64,000 nt of DNA, taken from the NCBI GenBank assembly GCA_042216245.1, contig JBDGUB010000010.1, forward strand, positions 50,481 through 114,480. The letters are read 5' to 3'. Position 1 is the first letter of the stretch. Every line of letters starts with the position of its first letter. The notes under the pieces were generated by a model. It was not told where the DNA came from. It did no database searches and saw only the letters and a list, made by a program, of their open reading frames with translations. Below are positions 19,011 to 28,665 of this stretch, piece by piece. Origin of the DNA: Halobacterium sp. Its GTDB lineage: Archaea; Halobacteriota; Halobacteria; Halobacteriales; Halobacteriaceae. The position numbers and the translations under genes are program-made.

Positions 19011-20387
19011 TCAGGCGTCCCGGGCGATGTCGGCGCCGAGGCCGGTGTAGGACTCGGGCGTGAGCGCGAGCAGTTCCTCGCGGACGTCCTCGTCGACGTC
19101 CAGGGACGCGAACAGCTCCTGGAAGTCCTCGAGGGCGACGCGCTCGCCCCGAGTGAGGTCCTTCACGCGCTCGTAGGCGTCGTCGTGGCCCTCGCGGCGG
19201 AGAATCGTCTGGACGGCCTCGCCGATGACCTCGGGGTTCGCGCGGAGGTCCTCGCGCATCGCGGCCTCGTTCGGCGCGACCTTCCCGAGGCCGTCGCCGA
19301 GCTTCGAGTACGCGAGCAGGCAGTACGCGAGCGTCGCGCCGACGTTGCGCTTCACCGTGGAGTCCGAGAGGTCCCGCTGGAGGCGGCTCGTCGTGAGGTA
19401 GTCAGCGAGGAAGGAGAGGTCGCTGTTGGCCTTCGAGAGGTTGCCCTCGGCGTTCTCGAAGTCGATGGGGTTGACCTTGTGCGGCATCGTCGACGACCCC
19501 GTCTCGGAGTCCGCGGCCTCCTGGCCGAGGTACTTCCGGGAGACGTACAGCCAGGCGTCCCGCGCGAGGTCGAGGAGGACGTTGTTCGCGCCGCGGAGCG
19601 CGTCGAACAGCGCCGCGAGGTCGTCGCAGGGGTTCACCTGGGTCGTCGGTTCGACGTACTCGAGGCCGAGGGAGTCGACGAACTCCCGGGAGAACGACCG
19701 CCAGTCGACGTCCCGGTAGGCGGCGTGGTGGGCGGCCCACGTGCCCGAGGCGCCAGCGAGCTTCCCGGCGAGGGCGTCGGCGGCGTCCTCGACGCGGGCG
19801 GTGGCGCGCCCGAGGCGGGCGGCGTAGACGGCCATCTCCTTGCCGAACGTCGTCGGCGTCGCGGGCTGGCCGTGGGTGCGCGCGAGCATCGGGAGGTCGG
19901 CGTACTCGTGCGCGAACTCGGTGAGCTGGTCGCGGCGCGCGCGCAGCTCGGGGACGAGGACGTCGCGGACGGCGGGCTTCGCGAGCAGGCGGTGCGCGAG
20001 GTTGTTGACGTCCTCGCTGGTGAGCCCGAAGTGAATCCAGGCGTGGGCGCGGTCGGGCGCGTGCTCGCGGACGAAGTACTCGACGGCCTTCACGTCGTGG
20101 TTGGTGGCGTCGTACGTCTCGGTGCCCGCCGTCTCGATCCGCTTGACGAGTTCGGCGTCCGCGGACTCGAAGGACTCGTAGGCGTCCCGGAGGTCGGTGC
20201 GTTCGTCGTCGGTGAGCTCGAGGGGGACGGCGTCGAGGTCGGCGAGCGCGAGCAGGTACTCGACTTCGACGCGGACGCGAGCGCGCATCAGCGCGGCCTC
20301 GCTCGCGTACGCGGCCAGCGGCGCGGTGCGGTCGGCGTACCGGCCGTCCAGCGGCGTCACCGCGTACAGCGGGCTCTGGTCGGTCAT
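19011..20387 (-). CDS. purB: Adenylosuccinate lyase
   Basis: TPLDGRY, TNHDVKAVEY, RTHGQPATPTTFGKE, SSTMPHKVNPIDFEN. Confidence 0.96.
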   Translation of the reverse strand: MTDQSPLYAVTPLDGRYADRTAPLAAYASEAALMRARVRVEVEYLLALADLDAVPLELTDDERTDLRDAYESFESADAELVKRIETAGTETYDATNHDVKAVEYFVREHAPDRAHAWIHFGLTSEDVNNLAHRLLAKPAVRDVLVPELRARRDQLTEFAHEYADLPMLARTHGQPATPTTFGKEMAVYAARLGRATARVEDAADALAGKLAGASGTWAAHHAAYRDVDWRSFSREFVDSLGLEYVEPTTQVNPCDDLAALFDALRGANNVLLDLARDAWLYVSRKYLGQEAADSETGSSTMPHKVNPIDFENAEGNLSKANSDLSFLADYLTTSRLQRDLSDSTVKRNVGATLAYCLLAYSKLGDGLGKVAPNEAAMREDLRANPEVIGEAVQTILRREGHDDAYERVKDLTRGERVALEDFQELFASLDVDEDVREELLALTPESYTGLGADIARDA

Positions 20388-20441
20388 GGGAGCGAGTGGC
20401 TTCGCTCGGGGCAAAAGCCTGCCGGTCCCCCGAGACCACAC

Positions 20442-20503
20442 ACGTGCATACCGCGTCCGCCATTCTGCGAAATATCCCGATTTCTATCGTCGAACGTGCA
20501 TAC
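20442..20503. promoter_or_regulatory. Candidate operator in the purB/purNH divergent promoter
   Basis: ACGTGCATAC at 20442 and 20494 (52 bp apart) flanking a GAAAT-N6-ATTTC inverted repeat. Confidence 0.4.
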
Positions 20504-20555
20504 TTCGCGGCGTGGAACCGCAACCACTTTGCGGGTCGCGGGCGCAGTGACTGGT

Positions 20556-22172
20556 ATGACTCGCATCGCTGGACTCGCCAGCAACCGCGGCCGCAACCTC
20601 CTGCACGTCGACGACCTGGAACCCGGCGGCGCCGACCTCGCCGTCGTCGTCTCGAACCACGCCGACGCGCCCGTCCTCGACGCCGCCGCCGACCGCGGCG
20701 TCCCGACCGAGGTCGTGGAGCGCCGCGACGGCGAGTCTCGGCGCGACCACGAGCGCCGGCTCGTGGACGCGCTCGCGGACTACGACGTCGACCTCGTCTG
20801 CCTCGACGGCTACATGCGCGTCCTCTCTGAGGTCTTCCTCGACGCGGTCCCGCTCACGCTGAACGTCCACCCGAGCCTCCTGCCGGCGTTCCCGGGCGCC
20901 GACGCCCACGAGCAGGTCCTCGACGCGGACGTCTCGGTCACGGGATGTACCGTCCACGTCGTCACGAACGCGGTCGCCGACGACGGCAGCGTCCGCGAGG
21001 ACGACATCGACGCCGGCCCCATCGTCACCCAGGAGCCGGTGCCCGTGTTCGCCGACGACGACGCCGACGACCTCAAGGAGCGCGTACTCTACGGAGCCGA
21101 GTTCGAGGCGTACCCGCGGGCCGTCCGGTGGTTCGCCGAGGGCGACCTCGAGGTCACCGCGGACGGCGTGGAGACGCCGGCCGACGTCGGCGGGGACTTC
21201 CCGGCGCGCCGCCTCGCGAGCGCGGACCGCGCGGACGCGCTCCGGTACGGCGAGAACCCCCACCAGGACGCCGCCGTCTACCGCGACGACACCTGCGCGG
21301 AGGCGAGCGTCGTGCACGCCGACCAGTTGAACGACACCGCGAAGGACCTCTCGTACAACAACTACAACGACGCGGACGCCGCCCTCGGCCTCGTGAAGGA
21401 GTTCGAGGACCCGGCGGCCGCCGTCATCAAGCACACGAACCCGGCGGGCGCGGCGACCGCTGACACGCTCGCGGACGCGTACGCGGACGCGCTCTCGACG
21501 GACGCGAAGAGCGCGTTCGGGGGCATCGTCGCGCTGAACCGGACCTGCGACGCGGCGACCGCCGAGCGAATCGCGGACTCGTTCAAGGAGGTCGTGGTGG
21601 CGCCCGACTACACGGACGACGCGCTCGACGTCCTCACCGAGAAGCAGAACTTGCGCGTGCTCGCGGTGGGCGAGTTCGGCCCCGAGCAGCGGACGGAGCG
21701 TTTCGCGGAGAAACCCATCGTGGGCGGCCGCCTCGTCCAGGAGCGGGACCGCTGGGCGCCGACGCTGGAGGACTTCGAGGTCGTCACGGAGCGCGAGCCG
21801 ACGGCCGAGGAGCTGGAGACGATGCTGTTCGCGTGGCGCGTCCTGAAGCACGTGAAGTCCAACGGCATCCTGTTCGCGGACGGCACGGAGACCGTCGGGC
21901 TCGGCGTCGGCCAGGTGTCGCGCGTGGACGCCGTGGAGATCGCGGCGGAGAAGGCCGCGCGGGACGCGGGGGGGAAGGACGCGGACGGCGCCGTGATGGC
22001 GTCGGACGCGTTCTTCCCGTTCCCGGACGGCATCGAGGCGGCGGCCGAGGCGGGCGTGGAGGCGGTCGTCCAGCCGGGCGGGTCGAAGAACGACGACGAG
22101 GTCATCGAGGCCGCCGACGAGCACGGGATGGCGATGGTGTTCACCGGGCATCGGTGCTTTCGGCACGACTGA
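20556..22172 (+). CDS. purH: Bifunctional PurN (GAR formyltransferase)-PurH (AICAR formyltransferase) fusion
   Basis: ASNRGRN, LDGYMR, NVHPSLLPAFPG, then LRYGENPHQ, LSYNNYND, KHTNPAG, ASDAFFPF, RCFRHD. Confidence 0.95.
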   Translation: MTRIAGLASNRGRNLLHVDDLEPGGADLAVVVSNHADAPVLDAAADRGVPTEVVERRDGESRRDHERRLVDALADYDVDLVCLDGYMRVLSEVFLDAVPLTLNVHPSLLPAFPGADAHEQVLDADVSVTGCTVHVVTNAVADDGSVREDDIDAGPIVTQEPVPVFADDDADDLKERVLYGAEFEAYPRAVRWFAEGDLEVTADGVETPADVGGDFPARRLASADRADALRYGENPHQDAAVYRDDTCAEASVVHADQLNDTAKDLSYNNYNDADAALGLVKEFEDPAAAVIKHTNPAGAATADTLADAYADALSTDAKSAFGGIVALNRTCDAATAERIADSFKEVVVAPDYTDDALDVLTEKQNLRVLAVGEFGPEQRTERFAEKPIVGGRLVQERDRWAPTLEDFEVVTEREPTAEELETMLFAWRVLKHVKSNGILFADGTETVGLGVGQVSRVDAVEIAAEKAARDAGGKDADGAVMASDAFFPFPDGIEAAAEAGVEAVVQPGGSKNDDEVIEAADEHGMAMVFTGHRCFRHD

Positions 22173-22438
22173 ACAGCGTGAAGGAGTTGCCGAAAGCTCG
22201 GAAATCGAGCGAAGCGAGATTTCCGGTGTTTCCGCCACGACTGAGCGCTAGCGAGGGAGTTGCGGAAACTCGCGGCGCGAGCCTGCGAGCGACGCGGTGC
22301 TTCCGGCACGACTGAGCGTCAGCGAAGGAGTGCCGGAAGTTCGATTGGCGAGCGTGGCGAGCCAATCGGTCGTTTCCGCCACGACTGAGCGCTAGCGAGG
22401 GAGTTGCGGAAACTCGCGGCGCGAGCCCGCGGGCTCTG
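22152..22438 (+). repeat. Four ~72-bp tandem units, each a purH terminal-codon variant plus two hairpins
   Basis: Units start at 22152, 22224, 22295 and 22367; each contains CACGACTGA and GAGC-N2-4-GCGA-type loops. Confidence 0.9.
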
Positions 22439-22675
22439 CCAGCCGCATTCGGGGAGGGGGCGGCTGGAACGCGAAACTATCTGTTTCCTAGCGTCGTTGC
22501 TACCAGAAGTCTTTCAGAAGTGCGGCGGAGGGGAGGGTGGAGCGCGGAGTCGGGATGACAGCGGGGTGGAGGGCTGGCAAGCGATTCTGTCAGCGGGGTG
22601 GGCGCGCTCCACTCGGTTCGACGGGGTGTAGTATCAAAACCCCTGTGTTTGGACAAACAGCTGTTTGACGTATCG

Positions 22676-23509
22676 CTACTCGTAGCTGATGGTGCGCGTC
22701 GCGGTGTTGGCACCCCAGTCGAGGGTGACGTCGAACTCGCTGGCGTCGCCGGCGTCTGGCGCGGTGGCGTCCACGGTGACCGTCTTCTTCGTCGCCGCGG
22801 GGACGTCGAAGGACGTGCGGAACGGCGCGCCCGACGTGCCCTCGACTTTCGTGACGAACGTCATGGCGTCGCCGGCGTTGTCGACGGTGAGGTCGACGGA
22901 GAAGCCGGCGCCGCTGGCGACGCTGTCGGGCGCGGTGACCTTCGTCACCTCGAAGTCGACGGTCTGGGAGATGGCCTGGATATCGCGGGCGGTGAACTCC
23001 CAGGTCGCGGTCGTGTCGCCGGTGTCGAGGTCGACCGACGCGGTGTACGGCGTGACGTCGTTCGGCACGGGGTACGCGGCGGCGAACTGATTGAAGCCGC
23101 CGCCGAGCGGGAACACGGGGTCCGTGAACGTCGCGTCGTTGATGGTGAGCGTGACGTTCTGGGGGACGAAGGACTCGTAGTCGCTGATGGCGTCGACCTG
23201 GAAGGTCACGACGACGTACCGCGTCGTGTTCCCGGCGTGAACGACGCGCTCGCTGCCGTCCCGGGAGACGACGAACGCCGTGGAGGACGCGTCGGCGACG
23301 GCGATGGCGCGGTCGCCGGAGAGGCTGACCTCCTCGCCGAAGGACAGCGGGCCGGAGGTCGTCGTGGTCTGCTGGGTGGTCGTCTGCTCGGTCGTGTCTG
23401 TCGGCTCGGTCGTCGTGGTGGTGGAGGAGTCGTCCTGGCCGCCGAGGCAGCCCGCGAGGGCGAGGGGGACCGTGGCGGACGCGGAAGCGAGGAAGCTTCG
23501 TCGATCCAT
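22676..23509 (-). CDS. Tat-exported lipoprotein, Thr-rich linker, Ig-like beta domains
   Basis: MDRRSFL twin-Arg motif, LAGC lipobox, poly-Thr linker. Confidence 0.85.
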   Translation of the reverse strand: MDRRSFLASASATVPLALAGCLGGQDDSSTTTTTEPTDTTEQTTTQQTTTTSGPLSFGEEVSLSGDRAIAVADASSTAFVVSRDGSERVVHAGNTTRYVVVTFQVDAISDYESFVPQNVTLTINDATFTDPVFPLGGGFNQFAAAYPVPNDVTPYTASVDLDTGDTTATWEFTARDIQAISQTVDFEVTKVTAPDSVASGAGFSVDLTVDNAGDAMTFVTKVEGTSGAPFRTSFDVPAATKKTVTVDATAPDAGDASEFDVTLDWGANTATRTISYE

Positions 23510-23679
23510 ACCCCGGAGTAGTACGACCTACGTAGAAGTGGGTTCGGATAGGTAAAACAGCCGTTTCACGAACCCTGCTGCCGCGTCCCACGGGTTCGGG
23601 GAGCACAGCTGCGCCCGGACGCTCCCGGGACGGACCCGCGTCCGACAGCCTAATGCGGTGGGGTACGTTCGGTCCGACT

Positions 23680-26115
23680 ATGCGATTCGACGAGGCGGCG
23701 AACTTCCTCCTCGACCTCCGCCGCTACCGGCCGAAGCCCGGCACGGACTCGACGGCGGACCTGCTGGACGCGCTCGGCGACCCCCACGAGGGCCCGACGT
23801 ACGTGCAGGTCGCGGGGTCGAACGGCAAGGGCAGCACGGCCCGCCTGGTGGAGTCGGCGCTCCGGGAGGCCGGCCTGGACGTCGGGCTGTACTCGTCCCC
23901 GCACTTCGACGACGTCCGGGAGCGCGTGACGGTGAACGGCCGCCAGCTGTCGGAGGCGGCGCTGACGGAGTTCGTCGAGGCGGTGCGGCCGCGCGTGAAC
24001 GAGCGCGCCGCGGACGGGGACGCGCCGACGTTCTTCGAGGTGGTGACGGCGATGGCGCTCTGGCAGTTCGGCCGCGAGGACGTCGACGTCGCCGTCCTGG
24101 AGGTCGGCATCGGCGGGAAGTACGACGCGACGAGCGTCGTGGAGCCGGCCGCGAGCGCGGTGACGTCGGTGACCCTCGAGCACACGGGCGTGCTCGGGGA
24201 CACGATTCCCGAGATCGCGCGCGACAAGGCGCACGTCGCGCCCGACGGCAACCCGCTCGTGACGGCGACGACGGGCGACGCGCTCGACGCGGTCCGCGAG
24301 CAGGCCGGCGAGGTGGTTACCGTCGGCGACGGCGGCGACGTCGAGGTCGCCTACGAGGGCCGGACGAACCACACGGAGGCCGCCGTCTCGCTGTCCGGCG
24401 ACGGCTGGGCGGTCGACGCGAGAATCCCGCTGCTGGGCGCGTACCAGGCCGAGAACGCCGGCGTCGCGGCGGTGCTCGCGCGCCAGGTCGCGGACGTCGA
24501 CGAGGAGACCCTGGCGCGCGGGTTCCGGAAGGCGTACTGGCCGGGGCGCTTCGAGGTGATGGGCGCCGACCCCGTGGTCGTCCTGGACGGCGCGCACAAC
24601 ACGGGCGCGTGCGAGGCGCTCGCGGAGACGGTGGGGGAGTTCGACTACGACCGCCTCCTCTGCGTGTTCGGCGCGATGCACGACAAGGACCACCGCGGGA
24701 TGGCGGACGCGCTCCCGACGCCCGACCGCGCGTGGGTCTGCGAGCCCGACACCGACCGCGCGGAGGACGCCGACGTCCTCGAGACCGTCTTCGAGGACGC
24801 GGGCGCCGGCGAGACGACGGTGACGCGCGCGGTGGAGTCCGCCGTCGCGGCCGCGCTCGAGGCCGCCGGCGAGGACGACTTCGTGCTCGTCACGGGGTCG
24901 CTGTTCGCCGTCGCGGAGGCGCGCTCCCGGTGGACGCGCACGAACGTCCCGAAGCAGGTGCGGGACCTCGAGGACGCCCGCGAGACCCTGGAGGACGCGC
25001 ACGTGACGCCGCCGGGCGTCTGGCGGATGCGCGGGAAGGGCGTCCACCGCGTCGTGAAGACCCGGGTGCGCAAGCGCCAGGCGCAGTACCTCAAGGAGGA
25101 GCTGTTGAGCCTCGGCGGCGAGTGCTCGCTGTCAGGGCTGAACGCCCAGCCCCGCGGCACCCTGGACGCGGTGCTGATGGGGACGCTCGCGCAGTTCAAG
25201 CGCCTCTGCGAGAAACTCGACGGCCAGCCGTACGGCCTGGCCGTGTTCGCCGACGACCTCCGGGAGACCCTCGACATCCAGACCGAGCCCGAGACCCACG
25301 GCTACCCCTGGGAGGACGGCACGGCCGTGATGGGCATCCTGAACGTCACGCCGGACAGCTTCCACGACGGCGGCGAGTACGAGGCCGTCGAGGACGCCGT
25401 CGCGCGCGCCGAGGCGATGGTCGAGGCGGGCGCGGACATCGTGGATGTCGGCGGCGAGTCGACGCGGCCGGGCGCCGACCCCGTCCCACTCGAGGCGGAA
25501 CTGGACCGCGTGCTCCCCGTCGTCGAGCGCGTCAGCGACCTCGACGCCCTCGTGTCCGTGGACACCCGGAAGGCGGAGGTCGGCCGACAGGCCCTCGACG
25601 CGGGCGCGGACATCCTCAACGACGTCACGGGCCTGGAGGACCCCGAGATGCGGTTCGTCGCCGCCGAGCACGACGCGCCGCTGGTCGTGATGCACTCCAT
25701 CAACGCGCCCGTCGAACCCGGCGAGTCCGTGCACTACGACGACGTCGTCGAGGACGTCGTCGACGAACTCCGCGAGCGCGTGCTGCTCGCGGAGAAGGCC
25801 GGCCTCCCCCGGGAGAAGATCATCGTCGACCCCGGCATGGGGTTCGGGAAGTCCGCCGCGGAGAACTTCGAACTCCTCGACCGCACCGACGAGTTCCACG
25901 CGCTCGGCTGCCCGGTCCTGGTCGGGCACAGCCACAAGTCGATGTTCGACGCCGTCGACCGCTACCCCGACGACGGCGGGTACGCGACTGCGGCCGGGAC
26001 AACCATCGCCGCCGACCGCGGCGCGGACATCGTGCGCGTCCACGACGTCGAGGAGAACGTCGCCGCCGTGCGCGTTGCACAAGCGGCCCGCGACGGCGTG
26101 AACGAGTCAGAGTAA
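23680..26115 (+). CDS. folP: FolC-(Prd linker)-FolP fusion: folylpolyglutamate synthase/dihydropteroate synthase
   Basis: VAGSNGKGST, LEVGIGG, WPGRFE, LDGAHN, then MGILNVTPDSFHDGG, GGESTRPG, DPGMGFGK, GHSHKS, RVHDV. Confidence 0.94.
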   Translation: MRFDEAANFLLDLRRYRPKPGTDSTADLLDALGDPHEGPTYVQVAGSNGKGSTARLVESALREAGLDVGLYSSPHFDDVRERVTVNGRQLSEAALTEFVEAVRPRVNERAADGDAPTFFEVVTAMALWQFGREDVDVAVLEVGIGGKYDATSVVEPAASAVTSVTLEHTGVLGDTIPEIARDKAHVAPDGNPLVTATTGDALDAVREQAGEVVTVGDGGDVEVAYEGRTNHTEAAVSLSGDGWAVDARIPLLGAYQAENAGVAAVLARQVADVDEETLARGFRKAYWPGRFEVMGADPVVVLDGAHNTGACEALAETVGEFDYDRLLCVFGAMHDKDHRGMADALPTPDRAWVCEPDTDRAEDADVLETVFEDAGAGETTVTRAVESAVAAALEAAGEDDFVLVTGSLFAVAEARSRWTRTNVPKQVRDLEDARETLEDAHVTPPGVWRMRGKGVHRVVKTRVRKRQAQYLKEELLSLGGECSLSGLNAQPRGTLDAVLMGTLAQFKRLCEKLDGQPYGLAVFADDLRETLDIQTEPETHGYPWEDGTAVMGILNVTPDSFHDGGEYEAVEDAVARAEAMVEAGADIVDVGGESTRPGADPVPLEAELDRVLPVVERVSDLDALVSVDTRKAEVGRQALDAGADILNDVTGLEDPEMRFVAAEHDAPLVVMHSINAPVEPGESVHYDDVVEDVVDELRERVLLAEKAGLPREKIIVDPGMGFGKSAAENFELLDRTDEFHALGCPVLVGHSHKSMFDAVDRYPDDGGYATAAGTTIAADRGADIVRVHDVEENVAAVRVAQAARDGVNESE

Positions 26116-27174
26116 GCCCGCGCGCTCCTGGGCGTCCTCGTAGACGTCGAGGTACCGCTCGAGGAAGTGGTCGTAGTCGTACTCCGCGAACGACTCGTCG
26201 ACGGCCTTGCGTTCGAGGTCGCCCGCGGCGACCAGGCACTCCACGATCTCCTCGTCGTTGGTCGCGCGGAACCCGCGCTCGTAGGTCTCGACGAGTTCGT
26301 GCGCGCTGGACTCCGCGTGGTACTCCACGATGCCGACGCAGCCACACGCCAGCGCGCGCAGCAGGTCGAGCGCGAACGGCGTGCGTTCGGCGGTGTGGAC
26401 GTAGACGTGGGCGTTCTTGAGCACCTCGACGCGCTCCTCGACCGAGCAGTCGCCCGCGAACTCGACGCGGTCGTCGATGCGGAGGTCGCGGGCCTGGCGC
26501 TCGTAGCTCTCGCGCTCCGGGCCGTCCCCGAGGATGGTGCAGTTCCAGTCGTACTCGCGGAACTCCGCGAGCGCGAGGAACAGCGACTCCAGGTTCGCGT
26601 CCTCGTTCAGCCGGCGGCTGAACACGATGTCGCCGCCTCCCCCGGGGACGGCGCGCCGAATCTGCTCCACGTCGATGCCGGTCGGAATCACCTCGACGTC
26701 GTCGCCGTTCCCGCCGCACTCCCGGACGCTCGTCTTCACGGTCCGGGACGGCGCGACGACGACGCTCGGCTTCCGCGCGGCGTACCGGTACGCCCGCCCG
26801 CGGAGGCCGTCGGTCGCGTCGTGGGGGTCGTACCAGTCGCAGACCAGGGGTGCGCCCGCGAGCAGGCCGCCCCAGCGGGCGCCGTACACGTGGCCCGGCG
26901 TTCGACTCGTCGCGTGCACCACGTCGGGGTCGACGCGGCGCAGCACCGCGGCCGCCTTCGGCGCGAACCACCGCTGGCCGCGCTCCTCGGTGACCGCGTG
27001 ATAGGTCACGTCCTCGTACTCGAAGGTGTCCGGTTGGCCCTCCCACCACTGCGCACAGCAGACGTGGACGTCGTGTCCGCGCTCGGTTAGCAGGTCCGCG
27101 AGCAACTGCAGCCGGTCGACGTCGTCCCCGCTGGCGTGGTGGGCGGTCGTCTCCGAGACGAACGCCACGCGCAT
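26107..27174 (-). CDS. Glycosyltransferase family 4 (GT-B)
   Basis: MRVAFVS, RGHDVHV, DPDVVH, IPTGID, ILGDGPER. Confidence 0.85.
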   Translation of the reverse strand: MRVAFVSETTAHHASGDDVDRLQLLADLLTERGHDVHVCCAQWWEGQPDTFEYEDVTYHAVTEERGQRWFAPKAAAVLRRVDPDVVHATSRTPGHVYGARWGGLLAGAPLVCDWYDPHDATDGLRGRAYRYAARKPSVVVAPSRTVKTSVRECGGNGDDVEVIPTGIDVEQIRRAVPGGGGDIVFSRRLNEDANLESLFLALAEFREYDWNCTILGDGPERESYERQARDLRIDDRVEFAGDCSVEERVEVLKNAHVYVHTAERTPFALDLLRALACGCVGIVEYHAESSAHELVETYERGFRATNDEEIVECLVAAGDLERKAVDESFAEYDYDHFLERYLDVYEDAQERAGLL

Positions 27175-27368
27175 ACTCGCCGCCACGGAGTACGCCACTA
27201 AAAACGGTTCTGTTCGGGGCCGCGACCCCGCACGGGCGCGCGCCCGGCACCGCCGAGTGCCCCATGACGAGTGCAGCACCGGACCGCGGGCGGCCGACGG
27301 CGACACCGGGCTGGCGAGCCGCCGGCGCGAGGGGAACCGTAAACCGCTAATCCCGGCCCCGCCAACGT

Positions 27369-28130
27369 GTGGGTGTGCCGACGACACGGGTCGACCTCCA
27401 CGCGAAGGTGTTAGACGAGGACGTCGTGGACCGCGCGAAGGCCGCGGGCATCGACGTGCTGGTGTACGCGCCGCACTTCACGCGACTCCCCGATATCCGG
27501 GAGCGCGCCGAGGCGTACTCGGACGACGACCTGCTGGTGGTGCCCGCCCGCGAGGTGTTCACGGGGTCGTACCGCGACCGCAAGCACGTCCTCGCGGTCG
27601 GCCTCGAGGACTGCGTGCCCGACTTCGTCACGCTGGACGGCGCGCTCACGGAACTGGAGCGCCAGGGCGCCGCGGTGCTCGCCCCGCACCCCGAGTTCCT
27701 CACCGTGAGCCTGGACGCCACCGACCTCAGCCGGTTCCGGGAGCGCGTGGACGCCGTGGAGACGTACAACCCGAAACACCTCCCGCACCACAACCGGCGC
27801 GCCGCCGCGCTCGCCGAGGCGCACGCGCTCCCGGCGTTCGCGTCCTCGTACGCGCACCGCGCGGCGACCGTCGGCGAGGCGTGGACGGAGTTCGACGCCG
27901 ACATCGACACCGAGGCCGACCTCGTGGACGCGCTCACGTCCGGGGCGTCGCGGCGCGTCGGCCACCGGTCGGGCGTCCGCCACGAGGCGCGCTGTCTCGC
28001 GGAGAAACTCCACCTCGTCTACGAGAACACGTGGGAGAAGGTCGACCGCCTGCTGCTCTCCGGGATGGAGCCCACGCACCCCCGCCACATCGCGTACAGC
28101 GGCGAGTTCGACGACGTCGCCGTCTACTGA
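27369..28130 (+). CDS. PHP-domain metal-dependent phosphoesterase
   Basis: RVDLHAK, APHF, APHP, DAVETYN, ASSYAH; start may be GTG 27375. Confidence 0.8.
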   Translation: MGVPTTRVDLHAKVLDEDVVDRAKAAGIDVLVYAPHFTRLPDIRERAEAYSDDDLLVVPAREVFTGSYRDRKHVLAVGLEDCVPDFVTLDGALTELERQGAAVLAPHPEFLTVSLDATDLSRFRERVDAVETYNPKHLPHHNRRAAALAEAHALPAFASSYAHRAATVGEAWTEFDADIDTEADLVDALTSGASRRVGHRSGVRHEARCLAEKLHLVYENTWEKVDRLLLSGMEPTHPRHIAYSGEFDDVAVY

Positions 28131-28160
28131 CCCAGTCCGCCGCAGTCAGTCCCGCTGGCG

Positions 28161-28643
28161 TCACAGGAACGCCTCAACGGCGTTCGTCGGGACGAACTGG
28201 GGGGCGACGTACAGCACGGCGGCGACGGCGGCGAGTTCGAGGACGGTCACGAGCACCGTGACGGCGCTGGCGTACTCCGAGGACGTCGAGACGCCGATGG
28301 GGAGGCCGTACTCGTCGTCCAGGAGGGGGTAGAACAGCGCGATGCCGCGCTTGCTCCCGACGACGTCGAGGACGTAGTGGGACGCGACGCCGACCCAGAC
28401 CCACTCGAGGTTCCCGAAGTAGAACGGGAACGCGTACAGCACGGCGAGCACGGGGAGGTTGTGGAGGGTCTTCCGGTGCTTCCCGAAGTCGGTGTCGACG
28501 TCGGGGAACAGCGCGCCGAGGACGACGGGGACGAGGAGGGCGGCGACGGTCTCGATGGTCTGCAGGTCGCCGGCCGGGTAGCGCACGTACGCGAGGCCGA
28601 CCGCGAGCAGGACCGCGTTCAGGACGTGGTCGCCCTTGTTCAT
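28161..28643 (-). CDS. YdjM-like membrane-bound metal-dependent hydrolase
   Basis: GALFPDVD, HRKTLHN, SHYVLD, GIALFYP. Confidence 0.85.
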   Translation of the reverse strand: MNKGDHVLNAVLLAVGLAYVRYPAGDLQTIETVAALLVPVVLGALFPDVDTDFGKHRKTLHNLPVLAVLYAFPFYFGNLEWVWVGVASHYVLDVVGSKRGIALFYPLLDDEYGLPIGVSTSSEYASAVTVLVTVLELAAVAAVLYVAPQFVPTNAVEAFL

Positions 28644-28665
28644 CGATTGAGTCCTGCCGTCGAAG

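Noticed and set aside
22241-22262. Kink-turn or C/D-box reading of the purH-array hairpins (CUGA..GA)
   Set aside because: The bulge lies on the wrong side of the tandem GA pairs for a canonical k-turn, and box C is not matched.
22152-22438. CRISPR array
   Set aside because: No invariant repeat alternating with unique spacers; the variable parts are self-complementary stems, units 2 and 4 are nearly identical, and no cas genes are in the window.
20556-26115. PurN-PurH and FolC-FolP fusions as novelties
   Set aside because: Both fusions are established features of haloarchaea.
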